A stretch of 64,000 nucleotides of DNA from Sedimentisphaerales bacterium (GCA_016934515.1 JAFGSR010000009.1:2375-66374), one strand, 5' to 3'; shown: positions 37,264 to 47,877, numbered from the stretch's first letter. Notes: a model not told the origin generated them from the letters alone. A program made the numbers and translations.

Positions 37264-38991
37264 TTACTTCCCCACCTGTTCAGAACTCGCCTGGTTCTGC
37301 TTCTTGGCCGGGGGCCGGTTCTTCTTCTCCGTCGTCACACGCAAAACTTCCTGGATACTCGTCGTACCATCAATTACCCTGCGCAAAGCCTCTTCCTGCA
37401 AATATAGCATCTTCTCCTTGCGGCATTGCGCTCTTATCGAATTTACCGGTGAGTCCTGTCGTATTAATTCACGCAGACCATCTGAAATAAATAACGTCTC
37501 AAAAATGGCCGTCCGACCAAGATAACCTGTCCCCTGACATACCGGACACACTATGGGACGACCCCGCTTGTCATATTCAATTTCACCCGGACGGTAAAAC
37601 TCTTTTATCTTGTTCGACGGCAAATTCAACTTCTTCAGCAATTCCTTATCCGGCGTATACTCCACTCGGCATTCCGTACATAACTTACGAAACAAATTCT
37701 GACAAATCACTGCCAATAGAGTATCTGCCACCGCCTCGTTCTTCTGAACCATATTCAACCAAGCCTGCAATCCATGAAATGTACTCTGCGCAGCTAAACC
37801 AAAATAAAGCTTCTTGCCGTCTAAAGCCCCCTTGGTCCCCACCTGAGCCATCTTATTACCCTCGCAAAAACCCACCATCACCACGTCCGGGTCACTACGC
37901 AAAACACTCTGCAATTGCCGGGCATAATCCTTACCCTCCACTGTCGGATCAGTAGTGAATCGCTGGGAAACATTATCCATATCCAACAATTCCTTTTTCT
38001 CCAAACTCGACACATTCTGAATAAAAGCATCGTGAGTCAACGCCATACTATACAAAGTCGTCGATATCCCCGAGTCCTGCTCGCCACACACCAGCACCAC
38101 CCCCTTAGGCTTGGCAATTATCTCTTTTATTACTTCCAACTGACTACTGTTAAATCCCAAAGATTCCAACTTTAAGGTCCGTGCCTCCTCCACCCGTTCC
38201 AATTCCATCCGTTCTCCCTGAGTGCTTCCCGCAGTACGGATTCGCCATCGACAGTCTCGATGCTCACCTAATTGAACCGAAAAATGGCCCTCCTGAGGTT
38301 TACGCCGGTCCTTAACTTCCAGTCCCCCCACCGCCTTCAAATAAGTTATCGCCTGCTCCGTCTCCAGATTCGTCCACTCGCCAGCTACCCCTTTGACGCC
38401 ATCGATAACATATAGCATCTGATAGTTCTCACCCATCGGATTCATTTCTACCAGACTAACCCGCCCGTTGGAAATCTCATATACCAGCCGCTCACCCGCA
38501 ATGTGCCCCGCATACTCCGGCTCCTGACGCAATGGCACCGGTAACTTGTTGCCGTGCGATGACACAAACACCAACCGCGATTTTACTTCTTTCTTACCTT
38601 CCCGTGCCAGAATACTCCTGATATGATCCGCTGTAAAAATACGCAACTCACGCGAAACTCGCACATTTCGGTGCATCACATAGATTATCATCAATGTCAC
38701 CCAGATAGACAAAAACAGCAACATATCGACAATAAAACTCGTCGGCAAAATTATCCACAGCAAAAACGCCCCACTACCCGCTCCAACATACAAATTATTC
38801 CAAAACGACTGCCTGGTCTGAACCAGCAGCGTATCCTTGTCCAACCACTGCCCCACCCACGCCCATATTCCAAACAGAAGAATAAATATCACTACCTTCC
38901 AGATAGCAAAATAGCCTCCTAACGCTACCGACTCACCTAAAATATACATAAACATGCACGACTCCATAACCAAAATTCCCATTAAGGTCAA
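37264..38991 (-). CDS. Membrane-anchored GspE/PilB-family homolog with degenerate ATPase motifs
   Basis: Four N-terminal TM helices, then the T2SS/T4P ATPase fold. Walker A reads GEQDSGIST instead of GPTGSGKST. The Walker B region reads DPDVVMVGFCEG instead of ...VGEIRD. The His box is lost. The tetra-Cys motif is kept (CTEC...CPVC). The start is uncertain (TTG 38991 or ATG 38982). Confidence 0.75.
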   Translation of the reverse strand: MTLMGILVMESCMFMYILGESVALGGYFAIWKVVIFILLFGIWAWVGQWLDKDTLLVQTRQSFWNNLYVGAGSGAFLLWIILPTSFIVDMLLFLSIWVTLMIIYVMHRNVRVSRELRIFTADHIRSILAREGKKEVKSRLVFVSSHGNKLPVPLRQEPEYAGHIAGERLVYEISNGRVSLVEMNPMGENYQMLYVIDGVKGVAGEWTNLETEQAITYLKAVGGLEVKDRRKPQEGHFSVQLGEHRDCRWRIRTAGSTQGERMELERVEEARTLKLESLGFNSSQLEVIKEIIAKPKGVVLVCGEQDSGISTTLYSMALTHDAFIQNVSSLEKKELLDMDNVSQRFTTDPTVEGKDYARQLQSVLRSDPDVVMVGFCEGNKMAQVGTKGALDGKKLYFGLAAQSTFHGLQAWLNMVQKNEAVADTLLAVICQNLFRKLCTECRVEYTPDKELLKKLNLPSNKIKEFYRPGEIEYDKRGRPIVCPVCQGTGYLGRTAIFETLFISDGLRELIRQDSPVNSIRAQCRKEKMLYLQEEALRRVIDGTTSIQEVLRVTTEKKNRPPAKKQNQASSEQVGK

Positions 38992-39118
38992 TTGCTATCT
39001 ACCGTCATCTTAGAGCCCTTAACAAAACACACCAAAAACGAGGCCTACCGACCATTAATACAGCCGATATTTCATTTTGTTAGAACCAATTATCCGCTTT
39101 TCACTCGATTCACTCAGC

Positions 39119-40231
39119 CTATAAAATGCTCGCTCCGCCGGACGAAATACCCTTCAACGCCATCTTTAACTCGTCCGCGTTCGGTGAGTACGCATAAGCC
39201 GTCTTCAGATCAATGTATTCCTTTTCAACCAGTTGCTTCAATGATTCCGAAAAATTAATCATCCCCTCCGCATGTGACGATTTTATCACCGTTGCCAACT
39301 CCACTTCACGCTCATCAGCTATCAGCTTTTTCACCGATGCATTAACCAGCAGTATCTCCGCCGCCGGCACCCGCGAAAATTCATCACATATCGTCGGTAA
39401 CAACCGCTGCGAAATCACCGACCGCAGGTTACCTACTATCGCCTGTCGAACCATGTGCCTCTCAATTTGCGGAGTCAGATCCAGTAACCGCGTGACTGTC
39501 TGATAGGCATCCGTGCTGTGCAGCGTACCAAAAACCAAATGCCCCGTCTCCGCCGCTCGCAATCCCGCTATCAACGTCGGATAGTCACGAATCTCACCGA
39601 TTAGCACTACATCCGGATCTTCACGCATCAGCGAACGCAGCGCTTCATCGTAATCCGCTACATCCACGCCGATCTCCCGCTGACTTACCAACGCCTTGTC
39701 GTCCTGAAAAATAAACTCAATCGGATCTTCAATCGTAATGATATGGCAGGCTCGATTACGATTGATAAAATCCAGTATCGACGCAATCGTCGTACTCTTG
39801 CCACAACCGGTTACCCCCGTCACCAGCACCAGCCCCTGATAATATTCCGCAATCTTCTCCACCGATCCCGGTAGATGCAATTGCTCAAACGGCGGCACCT
39901 GGCTGTTCACCCGACGCGCCGCCAACGCCGCATGTCCACGCGCCCGATAAATATTCACCCGAAACCGATCCGTACCTCCCATGTCATAAGCAAAATCCAG
40001 AGAACCATTCTCCAGAAAATAAGCCTTCTGCTCCGGACTCAATAACTCAAATATCAACTCCTCCGCTTTATCACCCGGAATCGGATCACCTGTGGTCGTT
40101 TTCAATCGCCCGCCCGCCCGAATCCGAGGCTTCTCCCCACCCTTGATGTGCAAATCCGATCCCTCAGACTTGATAACCAGACTGAAATACTTATCCAACT
40201 GTGCCGGCTTATCCGACAACAAACGCTTCAT
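39119..40231 (-). CDS. pilT: PilT-type type IV pilus retraction ATPase
   Basis: Walker A GVTGCGKST, DPDVVLIGEIRD, AETGHLVFGTLHS. I prefer the ATG at 40231 (MKRLL...). Confidence 0.9.
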   Translation of the reverse strand: MKRLLSDKPAQLDKYFSLVIKSEGSDLHIKGGEKPRIRAGGRLKTTTGDPIPGDKAEELIFELLSPEQKAYFLENGSLDFAYDMGGTDRFRVNIYRARGHAALAARRVNSQVPPFEQLHLPGSVEKIAEYYQGLVLVTGVTGCGKSTTIASILDFINRNRACHIITIEDPIEFIFQDDKALVSQREIGVDVADYDEALRSLMREDPDVVLIGEIRDYPTLIAGLRAAETGHLVFGTLHSTDAYQTVTRLLDLTPQIERHMVRQAIVGNLRSVISQRLLPTICDEFSRVPAAEILLVNASVKKLIADEREVELATVIKSSHAEGMINFSESLKQLVEKEYIDLKTAYAYSPNADELKMALKGISSGGASIL

Positions 40232-40309
40232 CAACGGTTGCTTAGCCAATTTACAACTCCATTCCCAAACACACTTATTCACTGAGAAACATTATTGCAC
40301 CATTGTTTT

Positions 40310-41110
40310 TCAGTTAACCGATGTCAAGTTCTTCTCCTGATTGTCCAGCCTAACATTCACTCCTTTGTCCCGTAAATATCGCTTCGCCTGTTCAATCGTG
40401 TACTTACCAAAATGAAAAACACTCGCCGCCAACGCCGCATCCGCCTTTCCTTTCGTCAGCACATCATACATATCTTCCAGCGTACCCGCACCGCCGCTGG
40501 CCACTACCGGAATATTCACCTCTTCACTTACTGCCGAGGTCATCTCCAAATCATAACCCGCTTTGGTCCCGTCCGCATTCATCACGTTCAGCACAATCTC
40601 ACCGGCTCCGTCATCACGACCCTTACGCACCCAACGCATTACTTCGATCCCGGTTGCCTTGCGCCCGCCGTTGACGAAAACCTCCCAAAACTCCTTGCCG
40701 TTCTTCTTCACCCGGTTGGCGTCTATCGCCAGAACAATGCACTGACTGCCAAACCGCAATGCCGACTGCTTTATCAAACTCTCATCCAGCACCGCTGCTG
40801 AATTGATACTTACCTTATCCGCCCCGTTATTCAACATCAGCCGCACATCTTCAATTGTTCTTATCCCGCCCCCCACCGTCAACGGCATAAACACCCGTTC
40901 CGACGCCTCTCGCAAAATATTCAGCGTCAGTTCCCTCTCCTCGTGGCTGGCTGTTATGTCATAAAAAACCAACTCATCCGCACCCTGCTGCTCATACCGA
41001 ACCGCACATTCTGACACACTGCCCGCGTCCACGTGGTCAAAAAATTTCACGCCTTTGACCACTCGCCCCTTGTCAACATCCAAACATGGTATGATTCTCT
41101 TGGCCAGCAT
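40310..41110 (-). CDS. hisF: Imidazole glycerol phosphate synthase cyclase subunit
   Basis: [49 protein letters not shown]. Confidence 0.92.
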   Translation of the reverse strand: MLAKRIIPCLDVDKGRVVKGVKFFDHVDAGSVSECAVRYEQQGADELVFYDITASHEERELTLNILREASERVFMPLTVGGGIRTIEDVRLMLNNGADKVSINSAAVLDESLIKQSALRFGSQCIVLAIDANRVKKNGKEFWEVFVNGGRKATGIEVMRWVRKGRDDGAGEIVLNVMNADGTKAGYDLEMTSAVSEEVNIPVVASGGAGTLEDMYDVLTKGKADAALAASVFHFGKYTIEQAKRYLRDKGVNVRLDNQEKNLTSVN

Positions 41111-41294
41111 AACAAAATCGGTGGGTAAAATTCCTTAATTTTTGCTTTAAGCATATAAAAATACAGCATTTACGACGCAGCCGCCCCGCCTCGGCCGTCG
41201 CAAAAACCAGCCCAAACACCACTTTCATCCCCAAAATGGGCGAATTACTCAATTTTAGTCATTATCACCCACTTAGCAAATGAATTTTCAGCAG

Positions 41295-41312
41295 GATTCG
41301 AAGCTTCGAATC
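41295..41312. promoter_or_regulatory. Perfect 18-bp palindrome
   Basis: GATTCGAAGCTTCGAATC. It lies about 185 nt upstream of the hisF start, between the ppdK terminator and hisF. Confidence 0.4.
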
Positions 41313-41353
41313 GAATCCACCTGCCCCAAAAACCAGTATTCGCCACCCACCCA

Positions 41354-41387
41354 CAAAAACAACCCCCGGCTGTTGTTGCCGGGGGTT
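41354..41387 (-). terminator. Rho-independent terminator downstream of ppdK
   Basis: Perfect 10-bp stem AACCCCCGGC / GCCGGGGGTT with a 7-nt loop. It is followed on the minus strand by GTTTTTG. Confidence 0.75.
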
Positions 41388-41437
41388 ACATTTTTCTAAC
41401 TTAGGTCTCGACTTCCACAATAAGCGAATCGCCGAAC

Positions 41438-44182
41438 TTATTTCTGCTCAGCCAGCACCGCTTGAGCCGCTGCCAATCGGGCAATCGGCACCCTGAACGG
41501 CGAGCAGGAAACATAATTCATGCCAACTTCATGACAGAATTCGATACTGCTCGGATCACCGCCGTGCTCGCCGCAGATACCAACCTTCAGCTTCGGATTA
41601 ATCTCGCGGCCCAACTGAATCCCCAAATCCACCAGACGCCCGATCCCCATCTGGTCCAGACTCTGGAACGGATCCTTTTCATAAATACCCAGCTCGGTGT
41701 ATTCGCCCAGGAATTTACCCGCGTCATCACGACTGAATCCCATCCCCATCTGCGTCAGATCATTCGTGCCAAAACTGAAAAATTCCGCTTCGGTAGCTAT
41801 TTCATCAGCCGTCAACGCCGCCCGCGGAACCTCAATCATCGTTCCAACCATGTAAGCAACCTTGGTTTTCTTCTCTTTGAAAACCTTTTCTATCTCATCG
41901 ATGATGTGCTTTTTAACAAATACCAGCTCGCTCACCGCGCCTACCAGCGGAATCATAATCTCCGGAAGCACTTTTTTTCGCTTCTTTGCCACAATAATCG
42001 CCGCTTCCATGATTGCCCGCGCCTGCATCCGGGCAATTTCCGGATATGTCACCGACAACCGACAACCACGATGACCCAACATCGGATTGAATTCATGCAA
42101 ATCCTCCACCTTGGCCTGAACCTCAGCCGGCTTGACTTTCAACCGACGGGCCATTTCCTTCTGGCTCTTGGCGTCCTGCGGCAAAAACTCATGTAGCGGC
42201 GGATCCAGCAAACGAATCGTCACCGGCAATCCCGCCATCGCCGTGAAAATCCCCACAAAATCCTTCCGCTGATAAGGCAGTAGTTTCTTGAGAGCACCCT
42301 CGAATTCCGCTTGGGGAACCTTAAATTCCTTTTTCAATCCCGCCAACTCCTTCTTCTGATCAGCTTCCAGATCACCCTGCTCTTCCAGCTTAACTATTTT
42401 ATCCCGCAGGTCCGCATAAACATCCGCCGACAGAATCATCTGCCGAACCGCCCAGATCCGGTCGCCTTCGAAAAACATGTGCTCGGTCCGGCAAAGCCCG
42501 ATCCCTTCAGCTCCAAACGCCCGCGCCCGGATCGCGTCTTCCGGCGTATCAGCGTTGGTACGAACACCCAGCTTGCGAATCTCATCCGCCCAGCTCATTA
42601 ACTTGGCAAAATTACCGCTCATCTTCGGCTCCACCAGCGGCAACTGTCCCAGCAGTACCTCTCCACGGGTACCGTCCAGCGTAATCCAGTCACCCTCCTT
42701 GATAATCCGAGCGCCGGCTTTCATCTGCTTTTTGGCATAGCTGATTTCAATATCCGAAGCTCCCGCCACACAACAGCGACCCATCCCCCGGGCCACGACC
42801 GCCGCGTGACTGGTCATCCCGCCCCGCTGGGTCAGAATACCCTTGGCCGCGTCCATCCCGCCAATGTCTTCCGGGCTGGTCTCGATCCGCACCAGCAAAA
42901 CATCCTTACCCCTGGCCTTCCAGGCTTCGGCGTCTTCGGCATTGAATACCACCTGGCCAACCGCCGCTCCCGGTGAAGCAGGCAGCCCCGTAGCAATAAC
43001 CTGACGCTTGGCTTTGCTGTCCAGATGCGGATGCAGCAACTGATCAATCTGCGCCGGCTCAATCCTGCTCACCGCCACCTTCTTATCAATCAGCTTTTCC
43101 CCCACCATTTCCACCGCACAACGCATCGCCGCTTCCGCCGTGCGCTTGCCGCTGCGCGTCTGCAAAATATACAACTTATTCTGCTGGATCGTGAACTCAA
43201 TGTCCTGCATATCTTTGTAATGCTTCTCGAGCTTGTCCATCAAACCGGTCAGTTGTTTGTATATTTTGGTATTTACCTTATTCAACTCAATCATCGGCAC
43301 CGGCGTACGAATCCCCGCCACCACATCCTCGCCTTGGGCGTTCATCAAAAATTCACCGTAATATTCCTTCTCGCCCGTGCTGGGATTCCTGGTAAAACAC
43401 ACCCCCGTCCCGCAATCATCACCCATGTTGCCGAACACCATCGCCTGAACATTAACCGCCGTGCCCTTTAGCCCGGTGATATTGTTCAACTCGCGATATT
43501 TAACCGCCCGAGAACTGTTCCAGGAACCAAACACCGCGTTAATCGAAAGCTCCATCTGCTTGATCGGATCCTGCGGAAATGTCTTGCCCACATGCTTTTT
43601 GTAAACCGCTTTGTATAACTTAACCAGTTCCTTAAGATCGTCAGCCGTCAGATCGGTATCATCTTTGACACCACGCTGCTTTTTGAGCCCCCCGATAGCA
43701 TGTTCAAAATGCTCATGATCGCACCCCATAACCACATCACCGAACATATCAATAAACCGACGGTAGGAATCATAAGCAAAACGGGCGTTCCCGGTCTTGG
43801 CGATAATCCCATCGACAACCTTATCGTTAAGCCCCAGATTTAAAACCGTGTCCATCATCCCCGGCATGGATACCGCCGCACCGCTGCGAACCGACACCAA
43901 CAGCGGACTGTCGTGGTCGCCAAAACTGGCCTTCATTGCTTTTTCCAGCTTCTTCAGGTTATCTTCCACCTGCTTTTTCAACCCGACCGGCCATTTTCCC
44001 CCCGCCTTGTCGTATGCCGCACAGGTCTCGGTCGTAATTGTAAAACCACCCGGAACCGGCACGCCGAGATTGGTCATCTCTGCCAGATTGGCACCCTTGC
44101 CACCCAGCATTTCTTTCATTTTCGCCGTTCCTTCAGCCTTACCGTTACCGAAAAAATATACCATTTTCTTACTTTTGCTCAT
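41438..44182 (-). CDS. ppdK: Pyruvate, phosphate dikinase
   Basis: 914 aa. [10 protein letters not shown], phospho-His region [14 protein letters not shown]-terminal PEP-utilising TIM barrel ([10 protein letters not shown]). Confidence 0.95.
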   Translation of the reverse strand: MSKSKKMVYFFGNGKAEGTAKMKEMLGGKGANLAEMTNLGVPVPGGFTITTETCAAYDKAGGKWPVGLKKQVEDNLKKLEKAMKASFGDHDSPLLVSVRSGAAVSMPGMMDTVLNLGLNDKVVDGIIAKTGNARFAYDSYRRFIDMFGDVVMGCDHEHFEHAIGGLKKQRGVKDDTDLTADDLKELVKLYKAVYKKHVGKTFPQDPIKQMELSINAVFGSWNSSRAVKYRELNNITGLKGTAVNVQAMVFGNMGDDCGTGVCFTRNPSTGEKEYYGEFLMNAQGEDVVAGIRTPVPMIELNKVNTKIYKQLTGLMDKLEKHYKDMQDIEFTIQQNKLYILQTRSGKRTAEAAMRCAVEMVGEKLIDKKVAVSRIEPAQIDQLLHPHLDSKAKRQVIATGLPASPGAAVGQVVFNAEDAEAWKARGKDVLLVRIETSPEDIGGMDAAKGILTQRGGMTSHAAVVARGMGRCCVAGASDIEISYAKKQMKAGARIIKEGDWITLDGTRGEVLLGQLPLVEPKMSGNFAKLMSWADEIRKLGVRTNADTPEDAIRARAFGAEGIGLCRTEHMFFEGDRIWAVRQMILSADVYADLRDKIVKLEEQGDLEADQKKELAGLKKEFKVPQAEFEGALKKLLPYQRKDFVGIFTAMAGLPVTIRLLDPPLHEFLPQDAKSQKEMARRLKVKPAEVQAKVEDLHEFNPMLGHRGCRLSVTYPEIARMQARAIMEAAIIVAKKRKKVLPEIMIPLVGAVSELVFVKKHIIDEIEKVFKEKKTKVAYMVGTMIEVPRAALTADEIATEAEFFSFGTNDLTQMGMGFSRDDAGKFLGEYTELGIYEKDPFQSLDQMGIGRLVDLGIQLGREINPKLKVGICGEHGGDPSSIEFCHEVGMNYVSCSPFRVPIARLAAAQAVLAEQK

Positions 44183-44541
44183 CGCGGGTCACTCCTGCTA
44201 TAGGTTTGTATATATTGGATTGTTTCTGTTAATTATCTAAGGTCTGTCAATACTGTTGTTAATTCATCAGGGGGGCTTATCATAAAAACCTAACCTGGAG
44301 GTGTCAACGCAAAAGAAGGATTTTAAAGGAATTATACACTTAAAAAAGCCTCAGACGCACTTTTCTACACATAAATTTTTAAAAATGCTCCCCCGCAGGA
44401 ATTGCTCTATTCCAGCCCAACAAATTAGTTGAAACCGATAATCTTCTCACTCGCACCCCCGGCTTAAAACCCTGCCGATTAAGACATTATGCGATTTTGG
44501 TAACAGTTGCAGAATAGGTAACTTGCCCCCAAGCAGCCGGC

Positions 44542-45405
44542 TCACCCTCTTAAATAGCGAATTAAGAGCACATCAATAACCACCGCTATTGCCGCCGCCA
44601 CCACCAGATAAGCCTTCCGCACGCCCCAAACTCCCCCAGCCGCTTCAACTATCACCGGCTCATTCTGAACCGCTCCGTCCCCATTTTCTGCCCTGCCGTT
44701 ACCCTTGGCTCCACCGCTGCCTTTCCGCCATAACTGCATCTCCCGCCGACTGGCTACGTAAAGCTTCTTCTGCCGCACTGCTTCCACAATCTGAGCCATC
44801 AACATATTCGCCCGAAACGGATGAATTTCCCCCTGCCGCGCAATCCACAACAGCTCCAGCCGACTGTCATAACGAATTAAATCACCCTCCAGCCGGCAAA
44901 TCACCTCCCGACAGAACGCATCCTCGATCGCCGTCTTGTCCGGCTCGCTTAACTGCCGTGCTTCCTGCCCCGTCCCGGCAAATCCCTGAGCCCGCGATTC
45001 CTGGTTCGCCCGCCCCTGCCAGTACCCAATACTCCGCCCCTGCAAATTAATCTTCCGCTCTTTCGCTAACGAAATCCGCCCTGACATTCCTCCGCCCGTC
45101 CTGCCCAGTTGCTCCACCCGCCGGGCCACCACACTTTTCCGCCCCGCCGTCCCCGCCTCACCACTGACAAATCTCCTTCTCCCGAACCCTTCACCATCTG
45201 CCAGCGTTTTCTTCAACTCAACATAAGCCCGCTCCACATCTTCCAGCAAAGACTTTCGATAATAGCGCAGCCCGCTCCGCTCCGCCGTCAGACGTTCATA
45301 CCGCGCCCGGCTCACCTGATAAGCCCGCTCCAGACGCTCCGCCGTCAAAGGCTCACCAGCCTGCAAAATCACCAGATAATCCGAAATTTCCTTCTTGCCT
45401 AACAT
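44542..45405 (-). CDS. Hypothetical protein with C-terminal TM anchor
   Basis: 287-aa ORF co-oriented with its neighbours, with normal amino-acid composition and a C-terminal hydrophobic helix. The overlapping plus-strand ORFs are P/S/T-rich shadows. Confidence 0.5.
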   Translation of the reverse strand: MLGKKEISDYLVILQAGEPLTAERLERAYQVSRARYERLTAERSGLRYYRKSLLEDVERAYVELKKTLADGEGFGRRRFVSGEAGTAGRKSVVARRVEQLGRTGGGMSGRISLAKERKINLQGRSIGYWQGRANQESRAQGFAGTGQEARQLSEPDKTAIEDAFCREVICRLEGDLIRYDSRLELLWIARQGEIHPFRANMLMAQIVEAVRQKKLYVASRREMQLWRKGSGGAKGNGRAENGDGAVQNEPVIVEAAGGVWGVRKAYLVVAAAIAVVIDVLLIRYLRG

Positions 45406-45647
45406 GATTGTTCCTCTATACAGATTATATCACACTTAACTGCTCACGGTTAAGCCATTTTCACCTAAAAACCTTGAACCAAACCCTCACCCACCCCTAT
45501 AATGTTGCGGATGTGACGGTTAAGACAATTGGCTGATTTTATTCCACCGCACGATTACTTAACCTCAACTGTTTATCGGACCTGAACCAGAACTTTACCC
45601 CTGGCATTTTCGATAGTTATGAACTGCTGAATTTTGAAAAAATCCCA

Positions 45648-46427
45648 ATGAAACCCCACCGAACTCCCAAAACCATCCCTCAACTAATAAAAAGCATCAT
45701 GATTATCACCCTGGTCAGCATCACCTCCGCCGCTGTACTCGTCGGCCTCACCATGTATTTCCTGCTCAAACACCAACCAGCCGATTACCGCCCCGTCGCC
45801 CTCGATCCGCCCCAACAAAAACTGGCCAAAAAACACGGCGACCAAAAATACAACGAACTCTACAACAGCACCCACCGCATGCAGCCGTTCGTTATCAATT
45901 TCGACCAAGTCCTCCTCAACCAACTGCTCAGCCTGGACAACACTCGCGATTTCATCAAAACTCGTTGGCCTGAATTCGCCCAACAGTTCCGCAATCCCCA
46001 GATCAGCTTCGACAACGGCAAAATCCATCTCATGGGCCAAACCACCCTAAAACAACGCCAATTCGTAATGGTCCTCACCTTCGTCCCCCGCCTCACCAAC
46101 GATGGACAACTCGAAATCACTCTCGACTCCGTCAGTGCCGGCGCCCTCAAAATCCCCAACTCCATCCTCGATACCCAACTGCGTAACCTCACCCAAAAAT
46201 TCATCCACGAAACAAACACTCCCCTGAAAACCTCCTACCCCAACGACCAAAACACTCAAATGGTTGACGACCTCACAATTCAACTGGCCGAACTCATCAA
46301 CAAACGTAAAATCCTGCTGGATTCCCAGTTCCGCGTCGTCGAAGACAAATCCACCCGCATCGAAGCCCTCCGCATCGACAACGGTCGCATTGAACTGCTC
46401 CTCCAACCCATCGAACTTGACGACTAA
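45648..46427 (+). CDS. Hypothetical N-terminally anchored protein
   Basis: 259-aa ORF with one N-terminal TM helix and balanced composition. The antisense ORFs look spurious. Confidence 0.55.
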   Translation: MKPHRTPKTIPQLIKSIMIITLVSITSAAVLVGLTMYFLLKHQPADYRPVALDPPQQKLAKKHGDQKYNELYNSTHRMQPFVINFDQVLLNQLLSLDNTRDFIKTRWPEFAQQFRNPQISFDNGKIHLMGQTTLKQRQFVMVLTFVPRLTNDGQLEITLDSVSAGALKIPNSILDTQLRNLTQKFIHETNTPLKTSYPNDQNTQMVDDLTIQLAELINKRKILLDSQFRVVEDKSTRIEALRIDNGRIELLLQPIELDD

Positions 46428-46494
46428 AGGTTCCATAAAAACCCAGCTACAAAAAAACTTGCCATAACCTCCCCCCGCAAGTTAAGCTCTAATA

Positions 46495-47283
46495 ATGATC
46501 AAACTGACCCGTGGACTTGATTTCACCCTGAATTCCGCCACCCGGAGACTCACGCTCGGCTGCCCCACCGCCGCCGACCTGACCCAAATCCCTCTGCGCC
46601 TCTGGCTCACTCTCACCGGCCCGCTCAATCCCCAAACCGGCATGCTCATCAACGTCACCGACATCAACGCCGCCTTCCGCCAGGCCCTTACCGAATTCCC
46701 CTTCCACCCCCAAACCCCCACCGACATCCTAAACTGGTCCCGAAAAATAACTAACACCCACCTGCCCAATCTCGACTTTCTCACCGCCCGCCTCGAACTT
46801 CACCCCCATCTTTCCATCAGCATAAATCTGGAGGATCAAAACATGATCGAATTAACCACCCAATACGAATTAGCTGCCTCTCACCGCCTCTGCAATCCCA
46901 ACTGGGACCCACAGCAAAACCTCGACGCCTTCGGCAAATGCAGCAATCCCCAAGGCCATGGCCACAACTACACCCTCCAGATCACCCTCCGCGGCATTCC
47001 CAACCCCCGCACCGGCCAACTCGCCGAACCTCAACAGATCGACCAGACCGTCCAGGAATTCATCCTCGACCGCTTCGACCACAAAAACCTCAACGAAGAC
47101 ACCCCCGAATTCGCCGAACTCATCCCCACCGTCGAAAACATGGTCAAGGTCTTCTGGGAACTGCTCGACGGTCGCTTCCCCAACACCCACCTCGCCCGCG
47201 TCGCTCTCTGGGAAACCCCCAAAACTTACGCCGAATACCTCGGCCCCTCCGCCGGCCCCCTACGCTACAGCAACTCCGTCTGA
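46495..47283 (+). CDS. 6-pyruvoyl-tetrahydropterin/6-carboxytetrahydropterin synthase family protein (two-domain)
   Basis: The C-terminal half carries the PTPS/QueD signature (ELAASHRL...CSNPQGHGHNY...DHKNLNED). The N-terminal roughly 115 aa lack the Cys/His triad. Confidence 0.75.
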   Translation: MIKLTRGLDFTLNSATRRLTLGCPTAADLTQIPLRLWLTLTGPLNPQTGMLINVTDINAAFRQALTEFPFHPQTPTDILNWSRKITNTHLPNLDFLTARLELHPHLSISINLEDQNMIELTTQYELAASHRLCNPNWDPQQNLDAFGKCSNPQGHGHNYTLQITLRGIPNPRTGQLAEPQQIDQTVQEFILDRFDHKNLNEDTPEFAELIPTVENMVKVFWELLDGRFPNTHLARVALWETPKTYAEYLGPSAGPLRYSNSV

Positions 47284-47320
47284 AAAACCGCCTCCATACC
47301 CCAGTAGCACGAACTCACCC

Positions 47321-47375
47321 TTCTAGCTCTCTTCTTCCCCTTCAGGCTTCAAGCTTCAAGCTTCAGGCTTTCTTC
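47321..47375. repeat. TTCTAGCT...CTTCAGGCTTTCTTC element, copy A
   Basis: TTCTAGCTctcttcttccccTTCAGGCTTCAagCTTCAagCTTCAGGCTTTCTTC. It overlaps the stop and last codons of the minus-strand gene 47363-47743. Confidence 0.65.
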
Positions 47376-47743
47376 CCAATCACCTTTTTCAACCGCGCCC
47401 TGGTTTCTCGCCGGATCATATCCACCTGCTGCTGATTCACCCCGATCTGACGCGCAAAATCCACCACAATCTCCTTCTCCACCTCTTCCAGCTTCACATC
47501 CCGACCCGCCACAAACAGCATATCCTCCATATTCCGAATCCGCTCCGACAGCCGCGCCGGAAACACCACCTTAAAATCCGCCTGCCCCGCCATATCCAGC
47601 GCTTTACGCGTCTGAAAATATCCCGCCCCAATATCCTTAGCCATCTGCTCCACCGCCTTGTCCTCAACCGGGTCCACCTTCCCATCCGACCGCGCCACAT
47701 GAAACACGTTCGCCAAATATTGAATCTGCTCCGCTTCCGTCAT
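47363..47743 (-). CDS. TerB-like small protein
   Basis: 126 aa. ..VARSDGKVDP.E motif typical of TerB/DjlA-N-type helical domains. Assignment is tentative. Confidence 0.5.
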   Translation of the reverse strand: MTEAEQIQYLANVFHVARSDGKVDPVEDKAVEQMAKDIGAGYFQTRKALDMAGQADFKVVFPARLSERIRNMEDMLFVAGRDVKLEEVEKEIVVDFARQIGVNQQQVDMIRRETRARLKKVIGKKA

Positions 47744-47849
47744 AACTGCCTCACTTTCAACCTGTCATTAACTAACCAAACCGACCGGCTCTATTCTGTC
47801 TGACACAATAAACACATTATATACAACCGTTTACGCATTAAATGAATAT

Positions 47850-47877
47850 AAAAATTCCCGTCCGCCAAAGGCGGACG
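47850..47877 (-). terminator. Rho-independent terminator downstream of the YbjQ-like gene
   Basis: 8-bp stem CGTCCGCC / GGCGGACG with a 3-nt loop. It is followed on the minus strand by GGAATTTTTAT. Confidence 0.6.

Noticed and set aside
40310-41110. Orphan hisF without hisH/hisA neighbours, considered as an unusual paralog
   Set aside because: The sequence is a standard HisF, and dispersed his genes are common. There is nothing in the sequence to support a special role.
41462-43471. Several plus-strand ORFs opposite ppdK
   Set aside because: They are antisense shadows inside a 914-aa, unambiguous ppdK.
46938-47435. Alternative-frame P/R/T/S-rich ORFs overlapping the PTPS-family gene
   Set aside because: Their composition is typical of out-of-frame reading of C-rich sequence. 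The in-frame PTPS signature supports 46495-47283.
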